From Mobula hypostoma (lineage: Eukaryota), in NCBI RefSeq assembly GCF_963921235.1, contig NC_086106.1, positions 23,002,001-23,066,000 on the forward strand: a DNA stretch of 64,000 nt, written 5' to 3'. Of this stretch, positions 26,545 to 38,845 are shown piece by piece. A program made the position numbers and the translations under genes. The notes under the pieces are model-generated. The model had not been told where the DNA came from. It did not search any database and saw only the letters and a list, made by a program, of their open reading frames with translations. The stretch's first letter is position 1; every line of letters begins with the position of its first letter.

Positions 26545-27610
26545 GCACCGTCGTGATTGGCGGTCTAGATCTGTGCGCAGGATGACAGTCAACATCTGTG
26601 CGCCTTTATGTATAATGATCAATAATATTCCTGGACGTGATTGTCTCAGGGCTATACTGACTGTCCAATGAAATATGCACCTAAGGTACAGTTCACTCCT
26701 GCCAGCCTCCAGTGTCATTTTATAATATGTCTCCACGTATATGACGCACCCATTCCTTCCACTCATTCCCAATTTTAGTCACAATATGTCCCATTCCCAA
26801 AGCAGGCAGTCTGGATGACAGGGGGTTTGTGCAAATGTGCTAGATGACAGCTGGATAGTACAGCTCATTTCTCCGGTTATACCGAACATAATTGCCACTA
26901 TGACCGTTCGGCTATCTGAACCTCGATGGTACACGGTGATTCATCTCCACTCCACCGTATTCTAAGTCCTTCCGCACGAGAACAGACAATACATGTGCGC
27001 CATTTCGTATTAGGAGCAATGATATGCCTGGCCGAGATTGTCTCAGGGCAATACTGACGGGCCAGTGATATAAACAGCAGACGTAGACTCCACTGCTGCC
27101 AGTCACACATCTCATTTAATAATACGTCTCTACGTATAAGATGCACCACTTCTCCACTTATCCATCAATGGGCAATACTGGAGTGATAACGATAAATCGT
27201 TGGAAGAATCTCAATTTTAATCACAACATTTCCCATTCCAAATGCAGGCAGTCCCGATGACTGGTGGTTTCTGCAAAATATGCAACTTCTCAGTTGGAAA
27301 GCACAGCCCAGTTATCAATTATACGGAACATAAATGCCATTTTGGCCGTTTTGCTGTCTGAACCTCAATGGTGCACGGTGATTCATCTCAACCATACCTT
27401 GTTCTAAATCCTGCAGCACGAGAACATTCGATACCTGTGCGCCATTACGTATTATGAACAATACTATTTTGACCGATATTGCCTCAGGATAATACTGACC
27501 ACCCAGCCATGTGTGCAGCTGTTATAGTCTTCACTGCTGCCAGTCACACGTATCATTTTATACTACTCCTCTACGTATATGACGCACCCAGTCCTTCTCT
27601 CATCCATCCA
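26545..27610 (+). repeat. Diverged tandem repeat, about 2.6 copies of a 395-440 bp unit with V-segment-like motifs
   Basis: Anchor TGTGCGCC recurs near 26597, 26994 and 27435. ACGTATA.GA.GCACC recurs near 26735, 27132 and 27573. AATTTTA.TCACAA.AT.TCCCATTCC recurs at 26771 and 27214. The repeat itself is certain; the V-relic interpretation is given under findings. Confidence 0.85.
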
Positions 27611-27689
27611 TTCTGATGAGGATCAAACTACCTGCGTGTTACACATCTCTTCAGTTAACTGATGATATAACTGTAGCCTTTAACCAGGA

Positions 27690-28075
27690 GAAGATGTCGT
27701 CAGGTGGTGCCCTGCTTTCATAGAGCTTTTGTCTGCGCTGACTACTCCACTCTCCTGTTGGCGAGTCTCCAGGTCACTGCCCAGGATATCCTGACTTCCA
27801 GGTTCAGACCAGTTGCCCGCACTATATCTAGAAAGCGTCTCTTTCTGCTTCTTCCCACAGTGTGTGAGCTACTAGTTCCTGGTCTTCAGGTTAACGTCCC
27901 GCGCAGACGGAAACTTCCAAGCTGACCTCGTCGTAGAAACTCTACAGCTGATATCCACGGGGGATAGCCATGGCTAACAATCTTTGTCCGTACGCTCATG
28001 CACTGGTACGTCAGGAGCTTCCCATTGTGATCCTCCTCGCATCCTTCCACCCATGGTACTGTGATCTCCACCAAG
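27690..28075 (-). mobile_element. Restriction-like endonuclease (RLE) non-LTR retrotransposon fragment, Hero/NeSL-like
   Basis: Minus ORF 27886-28074 begins VEITVPWVEGCEE, similar to the ELTVPWEE RLE motif. Confidence 0.6.
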
Positions 28076-31000
28076 ATTTATGTATGTAGGTATGTATTTA
28101 TTTATTTATTTATTTGCCTTTGTTGTTGTGTATTTTGTAGCCCTTAGCTCCATTTCCGGTTAGCACTAACTCCGTGAAATGCAGCTTCCCCGCCACATCA
28201 AACTTCATCTCCTATCATTTGGTAATTTGCAGCAGATTAGATTAAAACCATTTTCATTGCACCGACATTAGCCCTCCTTGATGAAAATGACTGCCCTGTT
28301 TCCCCTTTACGCCATCTGGTCTCTTTCTCACACCTCAGTCGTTCCAGTGTGTCAGGACAGGACAGCAGGACATTATGTTGGTTCTAACGATGCCGTCTTG
28401 TGTTGAAGCGGTTTTGCATCTTTAGATGGCTTGCGTCCATGTATCAGGCAGACTACAAAACTGGCAGTTATGGATCATTCTCATAACTTTGCGTTGCACT
28501 AAATAGTGTAGGGAGACTGTCAGAAAATGACAACATGCTTGAAAGGAAATACAGTGAGCTCCAGGCTCTAAACATAGTCCAAATAATGTTACGCTTGATA
28601 CAATCCCATTTCGTTCCGACGTCCAGTGAGCCCGTCACTGATGTCCTTGATAAAAGTTTTTCGTCCTCGCGGTTCGGCACCTCTGCCTGAGCCCTGTCAC
28701 GCCTATCCCGTGCACTTGCACTCCTCTATAGTCGTCTTCCCGTCTCCGGAATGGTTTGCTAATGATGTATGCCAATTGCTAAACTCTCACAGCCTTGCCT
28801 ATGGCCGAGTTGACGGTCCACATTCGGCCCGATCTTTTAGTAACTCCCGCTTGGTTCATTCGCTTGTCATCGGAGTTCCCAACTGCTGACACATCTCTAC
28901 ACATTGCTATCTTGAACTCCTCCACTTCCGATGACAACGGAAGCTGTAGCTGGCCTGTTCATATCTGGAGACCCACTGAAGAAAATGTAGGGAGATATTC
29001 CAGCCTCCTCCTCTTGATGCATTCTACAGTGGCCCCATGGATCTCGGACAACTTTAAAAGCCAGGGCAGACATGGAGTGCATCATGCTGTTATGGCATGT
29101 CTTCATTTTACCTATCAGTCCAGTTCAGTCGATCTTCTGCAACAACTCTTTGGTCTACATTCATGTATCAAAAATGTGGACGCTGTCTCGCATTGCTGCA
29201 GTAAACCGCTTTCCAGGACATTTCACTGGGTTTTCCACAGTCGACGGCCTCTTCTCTTCGTACTTGAAGACACAACGTGTTAGTAGCTAAGCCTGTTTTG
29301 ATCATCAAGTATCTGGACGTCTTGGCTAACGAGGTAGCTACTTGGTCATCCTAGTATAGCTAGCTACGTTGTCCAGAGTTTTCAATAACTATTTTGCTTG
29401 GACATGGGTATCAGTGTTTACTGTGATGTTATCTGTGTACTCCCACATTCTGGACTCCAAGAGAGGGCCGCAGGTTACATCTGTTGCTGCTAATATGAGG
29501 AGATGCAAACCAATGAAAATCAAGATGGGAGAGATGCTGCAGCCCATTGGAATCCCCTTTTAGTCGTCTTGCTACCTGAATGTAAGTTGGACTGAAGTGA
29601 AGTGCAGTTGAATAATCCTAGGCAACTGATAATCGTGTCTTGACTTACTGTTATGATAGAATAGTGGTCCAGACCAAGCTGAACGAAGACTTGTAGTATT
29701 GAACCGTCAGCCGTAGCGAGGTATAACCAGATAACTGCTAGGTAACCTTTCATTTGCCTGGCCTCGCGAATCAATTGGCTGATCATTGAGATGTATTCAA
29801 GAAACATTGAAACAAAAGGGGATGTCACCTTTCTGAGTGGAGGTGCTGAAATGTTGCGTTTCCATTGAGGGATTTTCATTGCCCGAAAAATAAGACCAAA
29901 GGATATTGTAGGGATACGAAATGAGTTCTGGAATGCAGTGTATGGGTTAAAAAAATTATTGTAAAAAAGTGGCCAAAATGCACTGGCCAGCAAAACCTAA
30001 ACCTGATATGGAGAAGGCAAAATACCAACATAGAAGTAAGAGGCCAGCTTTCTCGCAGTCATCGAGAAGAATACCCCGCACTTCTCGCTCAGAAAGAGGA
30101 TTGTTATTAACGGGATGATGGCAGAGGAATATTTTTCCTTGGGGCCAAGGCATCCTTTAACAATTTTCCAGCTAAGTGCGATAGAACCTTTGGTCCAAAT
30201 TTTCCTCATTATCTTCAACAAATAGAGGAGGCAATTTGGACATTTCTTACATAACGTTGCGTTTACCGCTCGGTCGAGAGTCTTTTCGGTCTTGCTTGAT
30301 TTTTGTTTAGGGAACTTTTGGATTGAATTCTCGTCCCTGATTCCTACGGCGATCGCTGTTTGAAACTCGCTTTAAACTTTTAAACTACAGGTGCTCCTTT
30401 GCTTTCAAAGGAAGTTTTTTTTTTCTTTCCACGTTGCAAGCAATAATTCTTATGAAGGCATATTCACTGTGCCGTATTCGGTGCTGTCGACCAGGTATGG
30501 ATGGCATAGCTGGTCGCGAGAGGTCGTATTTCATTGGTTTGATATTCAATGATTCGCGTTATAGCTCCACCAGGGCGGAGCATACACATCTGTGAAGGTG
30601 ACGTTTTCCTATTCCGAGTTGAAAGTCGTGAACAACAGTCTTCAACGATTGAGAGGCTGTTACTGCAAACATGGAATGCCCGTAATTCCTAGGGGCACTG
30701 CCCCATGTCGTTTAAATTCCTTAAGGAAAGGCATTTAATAAAATGACTTGAACCGTGTTTTTCCACTTTTCAGGAAATCATTCTGGATAATGACACATTA
30801 AAGATCAATTCACAAAATTGTATAGGAATATAGAGGATCAGAGAAAATGAGTTCGTAGATTATGCCGGCGAATACCTTGAAGTTTCATAATGTTGACAGA
30901 TTTCACCTAACAATTTGCCCGGGCTCCTGCTTCATCAATAATGTCCCTCTGAGTATTCAGAGCGATAGAACGTATATCTGGCCCATTCTGTTGCAGAGGA

Positions 31001-32149
31001 GATAAGGCCACCACAAGTGTCGCAGAGTGCAGTCTCTTGAGTTCTCCATTCCGGCGAAAATGACAGTCACTCGGAAGTTTGCGAATGTGAACAATTGCTT
31101 GGAACGAATACGTTTCCTTCAAAGTGTCCTGATAAAGCCAAAGTGAGAGGGGAAGTTGGCTTGTGAGACAGGTGTCTACACGTATTTTTGGATTGAGGAG
31201 CGAGAAGATTGATCATGGTATTCACGGTCGTAATAATATTCCCTTCCCCCATATATCTGGCAATCCATGTTATATGCAAGCAATTATATTTAGTGTGTCA
31301 CCTTCTCGAAAGATCCAGAAAAGAAATGAGGGAAAAAAGAAAAAAACGGCAACTGTGGCAAAGCACCTTTGGAGATGCAATGTGTTACTTTAGGGGCCTT
31401 TCGCTGGGAAAAAAAAAACATTCCGTATATTTAGCAAATGTGTTGTCTGTTTTTTTTTTAATCCCAGTAGTAAAAATACGGCGTGAAGACGGCCTACCAA
31501 ACCTTGAGCCACGCTGTCCCTGCAACCACCGTCAAAACTGCTGATCTCGAGGTGATAATGGCAGAATTTGCATTTTCCATTTAGCCCACACAGTATTCTT
31601 TGAATTGCAAATGAAACCAATGTCTCCGGTGTCCCCCCACGTATTCGATCGCATGGACGTTCAAATCTCCTCAGAACACAGCGCCACAAGTGAACAACGA
31701 ACTCCGAGATGACCCAAACTATGGCAGAGCCTTGCTAACCACATTCCTACCTACTATCCAAGTGGGTAGACCGACAGCATATTAGTCCTACAGAGGGAAG
31801 AGAGTTTTTTTTGTTATTTTTTATTATTAAGATGACACATAATCGGACAGGAATAAACATATAAACATTTTTAACGTTTACTATTTTTTACTGTTTTTAA
31901 TATGTTCAATATGTAATATTTGTAACTAAGATTGTGGGATGCGCAGAATGAAATATCGCTTTGCTGATTGTATGTTCTAGTACCAATTGTTTGGCTACAA
32001 TAAAGTATAAAGTAAGTAAAAATCAGTAAGTATGTCCAGTCCTGGAGGGATAACGAGTCACTTTAATGCCCTATCGTTAGGAAACTCTCAGTGGGAGAAC
32101 ATCTACAGTGAGAAAATAATACGTGGAAATACTACCCGATTAGCAGACG

Positions 32150-32690
32150 TAAAGGGAAAGAGACAGATATGAGTGTAAGGGTGGGAGGTGATGATACAAT
32201 GTGCAGATGCACAAGCACAAAGTATACAGAATGCAAGAGAGAAAAATACAGGGTAAATGATGTAAAAGAAGAAATTGCAGTCAGATACGTAGCAGACAAA
32301 CAGCGAGACAAACGAATAAGACGACAGGTGGAAGGAATGGCTGGAGAGAGAGAGAGGCACTGAGAGAATGACAGAGAGTCAGGGAGAAGAAAGAGGGAGA
32401 GAGGGAGAGACGGGGTTGGGGAAAGAGACGATTTGTACTAAAAAGAGAAAATTTAAAAAAAAAAGACACATATATCAAGGAACCATAAAGACTCAATTGA
32501 AAGTGGGGTGATATTAATGGCTAGAGAAAGGCAGAGACCTGGACGTAGAAAGATAACCAAAGTGATAGAGAAAGAAAGGGAGTATATATGAATTGTAAGA
32601 TATACAGGGATATTGGCGCAGGTAGAAATTGAGGCGGTGGGGGGGGGGGGAGAGATTGAGCGAGATAGAGACAAAGTGAAGGAGGAAGAG
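32150..32690. repeat. Purine-rich (GA/AG) low-complexity tract
   Basis: Strong A/G strand bias with degenerate GAGA runs. Confidence 0.8.
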
Positions 32691-33588
32691 CTATATCCTA
32701 CACAACATTCATCCTTTGTTGTCCTTACAGATTAATTTAGTTGAGCTGTCCACTGAGACTCTGTGAATAAAAAAGGGCAATCTCTGTTCCGCAGAGCTCA
32801 TGCACACATGGGTTGTCGAAGATTTAGATGTCTCTTATTAGGGAGGAGCGACGTTGTCCAGAATGTCTGGGCTGGTATTACGCTGAACAGTCGAAAGTTT
32901 GAAGGATGTAAATATTTTAGAGGACCCTATGTCGTATTGTGCTGTATATCTACACGCCGTCGAACTGGCCATATCGTTGCGGGAACACTCAAAGCGCTAT
33001 CCTGGGGATTGATAAACTGAATTAGCACTGAAACATCAACAGATAACGAATGATGGAATAGCAGGATGTGAGCACACACCAGGGCACACAAACACAAGCA
33101 CACACACAGACACACACAAACACAAAAGAGCACGATCTGTAACGGAGAGAGACATACAGATACAGACACCGATGCGCAGAGAATGAAGCAGCAATGGCAA
33201 GTGCGAAAGGATAGAAACCAAGAAGCGGAGATAATTATATACCATTATATGGACAATAGCTGCATCATACAGAACTGCAGTTACTCAGTGACGTGGTTAA
33301 TTTATTTTAGCGTTATTTGTCTCTATGGACAATTCCGAGATATGTGTTATATTAAATATGTCTGAGGAACAGACCTCCTTCTGAGATTTGCCCTTATAGT
33401 TATCGGTGCTTTCCCGAAAGTCGGGAAGAAGCTCTCTTTTTGTATTTCCAGCGTATATCTCTTTGGAATGTCGATCGAATGTACCACAGGAAAACAATGT
33501 ATTTTCGAGAGCTGCAGGCTTAGCTCGTCAGAGCGCTGTCTCAGTCTGTTAATGGGGTGTGACGCTTTTTCCTTGAGGTACATGAACC

Positions 33589-33598
33589 TGTGACATCT
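33589..33598 (+). promoter_or_regulatory. Possible CRE-like TCR V promoter element
   Basis: TGTGACATCT about 160 nt upstream of the V ATG resembles the CRE-like decamer of TCR V promoters. It is a short motif and could be chance. Confidence 0.3.
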
Positions 33599-33755
33599 GG
33601 GGCAATAGGCGGAGCATGCATCAAGTGGTGCGTTCCCATTGGGCGCTTTTCGTTTCCTCTCTATTAGAGGACTTAAACAGTAGAATCGGAAAGTCCTGAA
33701 CCCTGGCGACAACTTGTTGAGGAGAAAATCATACAACCATTTCTTCAGAAGAATA

Positions 33756-34216
33756 ATGTGGAGTTTCGTCATCTGGATTGTGTGCGGAGCCTGGTTAACT
33801 GGTTTGTTCGCAACAGACAATTCAAAACTCTTCTCGAAACTGAATTTTGTAAAAAAGGAAAAAAAAAAACGTCAATATAACATTTCATGCTTTGACCTTA
33901 TTTTTTTAGATACGAGTCATGGAAACTCTGTCACTCAGACCCCGTCCGAAGAAGTGAAGACCGATGAGGTGACTGTGACTTTGAACTGCACCTATAAGAC
34001 TACATGGAAGAACTATTATTTATATTGGTACAGACAAAGGCCAGATCAAAGTCTCGAATACATAATGTACAAACATTCTGGTGGAAATGAAGATATTGCC
34101 GAATTTGCCAAAAGACGCTTCAAATTCTCTCTGGAGACGGCAGGAAAAATGTGGAATGTCACCATCTCAAAGCTGCAATTGAGCGACTCTGCAGTTTATT
34201 ACTGTGTCCCACGTCG
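33756..34216 (+). CDS. T-cell receptor alpha/delta-type V gene segment, apparently intact (leader exon 33756-33801, intron 33802-33909, V exon 33910-34216)
   Basis: ATG at 33756 encodes the hydrophobic leader MWSFVIWIVCGAWLT. Phase-1 donor G|GTTTGT and acceptor TTTTTTTAG|AT give spliced DTSHGNSVTQTP...VTLNCTY...YYLYWYRQRP...TISKLQLSDSAVYYCVPR. Both V-set cysteines, WYRQ and DSAVYYC are present with no stops, followed directly by a 23-RSS. Confidence 0.95.
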
Positions 34217-34255
34217 CACAGTGATATATTCTAGTTAAATGCTCGTACAAAAAAA
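34217..34255 (+). promoter_or_regulatory. Recombination signal sequence, 23-bp spacer
   Basis: Heptamer CACAGTG (34217-34223), 23-nt spacer, nonamer ACAAAAAAA (34247-34255; consensus ACAAAAACC), directly after the V exon. Confidence 0.93.
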
Positions 34256-34650
34256 TCACTTACTGTAGAATCCATGCTTTAATCGCTGCAGCTAGGTATT
34301 TTTGTAAACTCCTTTTACTGATTGTGGTTTCCCGCCACTAAGAGTACCTGTCAAAGATTCCCTCGCCTTCTTCTGTGAAGACTCAGCAATGGTGTAACCG
34401 CACCGCTCTTTCCATTGCCACAGTGAGATCTCAAGCCTCAGCTATCTCATTTCAGTTGTGAAATATACTTTAGCCCGGCAACAAAAAGTATGAACGCTGC
34501 ATGCAGTAACAGAGAAATAGAGAAACTGTGCATATGCGCATCCATGTCTGGGAGCGTATGGGTATTGCGACAAGCCTGATGGATGTTTCCTTTTTTTTAG
34601 CACCCACTGAGATTTTGGTGCAGAGATCAGTATCAGTCTTGCTTGTTTGA

Positions 34651-34664
34651 TCTCTCTCTCTCTC

Positions 34665-34736
<72 letters not shown>

Positions 34737-34791
34737 TCTCTCTCTCTCCCGGTCTCTCTGTTTCTCTCTCTCTATCTATCTATCTCTCTAG

Positions 34792-34824
<33 letters not shown>
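34651..34824. repeat. Compound (CT)n/(CTAT)n microsatellite
   Basis: Directly visible, about 400 bp downstream of the intact V RSS. Confidence 0.97.
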
Positions 34825-36537
34825 CCCTAATTGAGCTCCAGCACTGTTTTCCAGCATCATTTATTTTGGCGAAGGTGAGTATTTTGGAGGTTGCTGATGC
34901 CGATCTAGAGGCTATCGGGCCTCCATCCTGCTGTTTGTGTGTCAAATCGTTCACGAGCTGGTTGAGTGCTTTTCTTCATGATATCACTGGCCGTTTTCGG
35001 GCATTAAAAAAAAGAAAGAAAGAAAAAAAGAAGGAACGAATGAAAGTAAGAAAGAAAGAAAGAAACGAAGAAAGAAATGAATGTAAGCCTGATTGGGATA
35101 CTTGCCAATTCTGGAGAAACTGGGCTTTCAACTACTAATGCATGTTGACAATATCCTCGGTTAATAGGCGCAGTGTCAGAAACTCAAAATAGAAAGATAC
35201 TAGGCCTCTGGAACCAGGAAGGAGGATATTTCTCGGAAGTAACTTATGTGTCCTTATAACGGGAATCAGGAAGAACTGTTCGACTCAAGCTGTGAGGTAA
35301 TTCGCCTTTATTTCAAACGACGGATCATAGCACTGACCGTGGGATGCCAAACAAAGTTATGGGAAGTTGTTTATCTTGCTGTTTGAATATGAGCACTGTA
35401 CAGCTTAAAATTCAGACATCTGGTGGCAGTGGAGAATGTTGCAGAATCTTCATGATATCATGTATATAAACTCTTAAATCGAAACTCGAAGACACTGATG
35501 TTGTTAGTTAGTGTTTCCATGACAATAACCTTCATAAATTTGTATAGCTCTGTCACATCTGCTCTCGAATATCTAAGTTCTGATGAAAAGTACTAACTTA
35601 TTCATCCCTTCCGCATAACTCAGGTCTGCCTGACCGGGAGAGTTTCTTTCAAATATTCTTTCCACCATTTCAACCTAACCTACACCTTTCCAGCAGATAG
35701 CTGACCATAACTTAAAAAAAACAAAAACGCCAATTTAGTCCTCAAAACGCCTTATGCAGCGGTAAGTTACCACCCCGGTGCTGTAACATATACTATGTTT
35801 TTTTGAAAGCTCTTGTGCCAAAACCTTTCATTCAGTCCCAATCTACCTGTGATACAACTTTCGAGGAATTAAGATCCTATGATCTCAGATTCCTTGTTTT
35901 TCCCCAAACACATTCCTCTGTTTCCTACCGTTCATAGTGTAAGATTAACCTGGTTGGTGAAGTGGAACACATCATATTTTTCTTACCAGTTTTCCAGCTG
36001 ATCCAGATCGCTCTACAATCCATGATAACTTTCCACGCTGTCCCTACGGCCTCAATCTTGTGGTCTTCAGCATTTTTTCTATCTAGCTAACCACATTGAG
36101 AAGCGGATCGCCGATATAGATTACACACAGCATCCCTTTAGTACTCCAATAGTCGCAGTGCTCCCATCGGAGAGAAAACATCTACTCTCACTTGGTAGAT
36201 TATCCCGCAAGCAAAACCCTTATCTAAATTAAAAGGACTGAACCTTCTTGACAGACTTCCATGTAGGACCTTGACAACGGCCTTGTTGAAGACATTGTAA
36301 AAAACATCCATTGCCTTTCTTTCATAAATATTTCTGGTAGTTCTCTTGAAAAAAAAAGACTCGGTAAGATTGGTGGGACGCGACCTCCCAAGAACGAAGA
36401 CAGCCTGCTTATCCCATATCGGTGCCTGTCCAGATACTTAAGTATCGGGTCAAAATAGAAAACTCTCCAAAGCGGAACGATTCCGTCCTTTAAAATAATA
36501 ATTAGTGTCCAGTGTGGCCAATGCAAATCACGGCGAC

Positions 36538-36577
36538 TGGAGTCAATGCTATCTGGTTGGAGTCAATGCTATCTGGT
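36538..36577. repeat. Perfect 20-bp tandem duplication
   Basis: TGGAGTCAATGCTATCTGGT x2. Confidence 0.95.
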
Positions 36578-37244
36578 TGTAGCTGTTTCGTCGTTCAGTT
36601 TCAAAGATTTTAATTATTTGACACTGGGATGATGGTGGGTGAACCGAAATCTGAATAAGTGAAGTTTTGAAGCAGTCCGTAAAGATATCATTGGGCAGGT
36701 GTGTACACAGCCTGACTACTTCACCTGAGATGTGTTCTCGCCAGGTCTAATAAGTGAGAGAGAGTGATATCTGTTAGATTCATTCTGATCTGAGCTGCTG
36801 TTACAGAAGGGAAGGCAGCCTTGTGGACTTTTAATATGGAGTGTACATCTATGTTCACCACATAGATTAGTGTTATAAGCAAATAAGGAGCGGAAAAGGC
36901 TATAAATAGGAGCCTGAATTGGGGAATGAATTTGGAGTAAACGGAACCCGGAGCAAATTACGGGAAATTGGAGAAATCCATGTTAATGCCATCGTGTTAG
37001 ATGGTACTCAAACTAATGTGGGATTTTGCCTCAGGGCATGGACGCCATGTTTGAAGCGATTTCGTAATTAAATTAAAATGGTTGGCCTGCATTAAAATCT
37101 TCCCTGTTGCAAACAGAGCGAATGTGCACGATACGCTGCCCCCACAACCCAAGTCGAGTCTCACCAATGTTTTGCACACCGTAACAGAAACACTGCATAG
37201 AGTGAATACGAGAAAAAGATGAAGAATAAAGGAGGGAATTTACA

Positions 37245-38400
37245 CAATAAACACAAAATAATCTGCAGATGCTGGGGTTGAAGAAACACTAATAACACGC
37301 TGGAGGAAATCAGCAGGTCGGACAGCATCCGTGGAAACGATCAGTCGTCGTTTCGGGCCGGAACCCTTCGTCAGGACTGCAGAGGGAAGGGGCAGAGCCC
37401 CTATCAAGAAGGTGGGGAGAGGGTGGGAAGGAGAAGGCTGATAGATTCCAGGTGTCAAAACAGTAAGGGGAAAGATAAAGGGGTCCGGCAAGGGCAGCAG
37501 GGAGATGATAGGCAGGAAAGGTGAAGAAGAAATAAGGGTAAACGCAATGGGTAGTAGAAGGAGGCAGAACCATGAAGTGGGGGGGGTGGGGAGATGATAG
37601 ACAGGTGGCGGAGGGGTAGACTAACATAGGGATAGAGGAAGGGAGGGGGAGGCAATTACTGGAAGTTGGAGAATTCTATGTTCATACCAAGGGGCTGGAA
37701 AATCCATAGACGATAATGAGGTGTGCTCTTCCAAACTGAGTTCAGCCTCATCATGGCTGAAGAGGAGGCTATGTATGGACATAATCGAATGGGAGTGGGA
37801 AGCAGAGTTGAAGTGGGTTGCGACTGGGAGATTCTGTCTATTGTGGCGGACGGAGTGGATGCGCTCAACGAAGCGGTCCCCCAATCTGCGTCGGGTTTCT
37901 ACGTTGTAGAGCGGGCCGCTCCGGGAGCAACGGATGAAATAGTTGACCCCAACAGACGCACAAGTGAAGTGTTACCTCACTTGGAAGGACTGTTTGGGGC
38001 CCTGAATGGCAAGAGAGGAGGTGTAGGGATAGGTGTAGCACTTGCGCTTACAGGGATAAGTGCCGGGTATGAGATCCGTGGACAGGGACGTGTGGAGCAG
38101 GGATTCGCAGAGGTACCAACCCCTGCAGAAAGCGGAGAGGGGTGAAGAGGGGGAAATGTGCTTAGTGGTGGGGTCCTGTTGAAGGTGGTGGAAGCTTCAG
38201 AGGATAATGTGCTGGATCCGGAAGCTGGTGAGATGGTAGGTGAGGACAAGGGGAACTCTATCCCTATTGTGGTAGCGGGAGGATGGGGTGAGGACCGAAG
38301 AGCGGGAAATGGAGGAGATGCAGGTGAGGGCATCATTAATGACAGCAGAAGAGAAACCACGATCCTTAAAGAAAGAGGACATTTGAGATGTCCTGGAACG
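37245..38400 (-). mobile_element. Penelope-like element, 3' portion
   Basis: Reverse-complement similarity to about 21520-22610 (SSFFKDRGF, RVPLVLTYH, GDRFVERIHSVRH), with the same tail sequence. Confidence 0.9.
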
Positions 38401-38845
38401 GACACCATTTTGGCCCTCATAGCTTAGTCAGCTATTTCATAATGGCTGATCCATTTCTCGTCTTATTCCCAACCACCGTTCTTCACCCCGTATCCCTTTT
38501 ACCCTAGAGAATCAAGAATAAATCTACTTCTGTGTTAAATATAGGTACCAATTTGGACTAAGCAGCTAGTTGTTGCAAAGAATTCCACAGGGTCCCACTT
38601 TCGGGCCAAAGAAATCCATCTTCATCTCCGTTCTGAAAGGACACCCATGTATTTAAGTCTCTTTCTCATTTCGACATTGGTCCAATAACCTATTGTATTA
38701 ACAGCCCAGCGTGCTGTAGGGAAGCCAATTCTGAAGCCACATAGTCAAATTTCACTCCATGCATGTATTTGCGGATGAGGACACATTTGTGAGAATTCTC
38801 CAAACTTTTTAATGTAATCCATGAACAATAAATCTATTTAGTGTT

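Noticed and set aside
30985-31110. QVSQSAVS*VLHSGEN, FR1-like after an acceptor
   Set aside because: No Cys, WYxQ, FR3 or RSS could be traced.
34418-34450. Second CACAGTG 200 bp downstream of the V
   Set aside because: No nonamer at 12 or 23 nt.
34442-35138. ORFs with RERERE or SLSLSL tracts (also 8272-8701 and 19358-19612)
   Set aside because: Translations of (CT/GA)n microsatellites.
35355-35450. Minus-strand EDSAT..ATR plus TACAGTG-23-ACAACTTCC
   Set aside because: The heptamer lacks the essential first C, lies too far from the motif, and upstream sequence is CR1-derived with no V framework.
36521-36528. Perfect Ig octamer ATGCAAAT
   Set aside because: No IgH-like leader or V downstream, and other octamers occur at unrelated sites (1384, about 19509, about 22907), consistent with chance.
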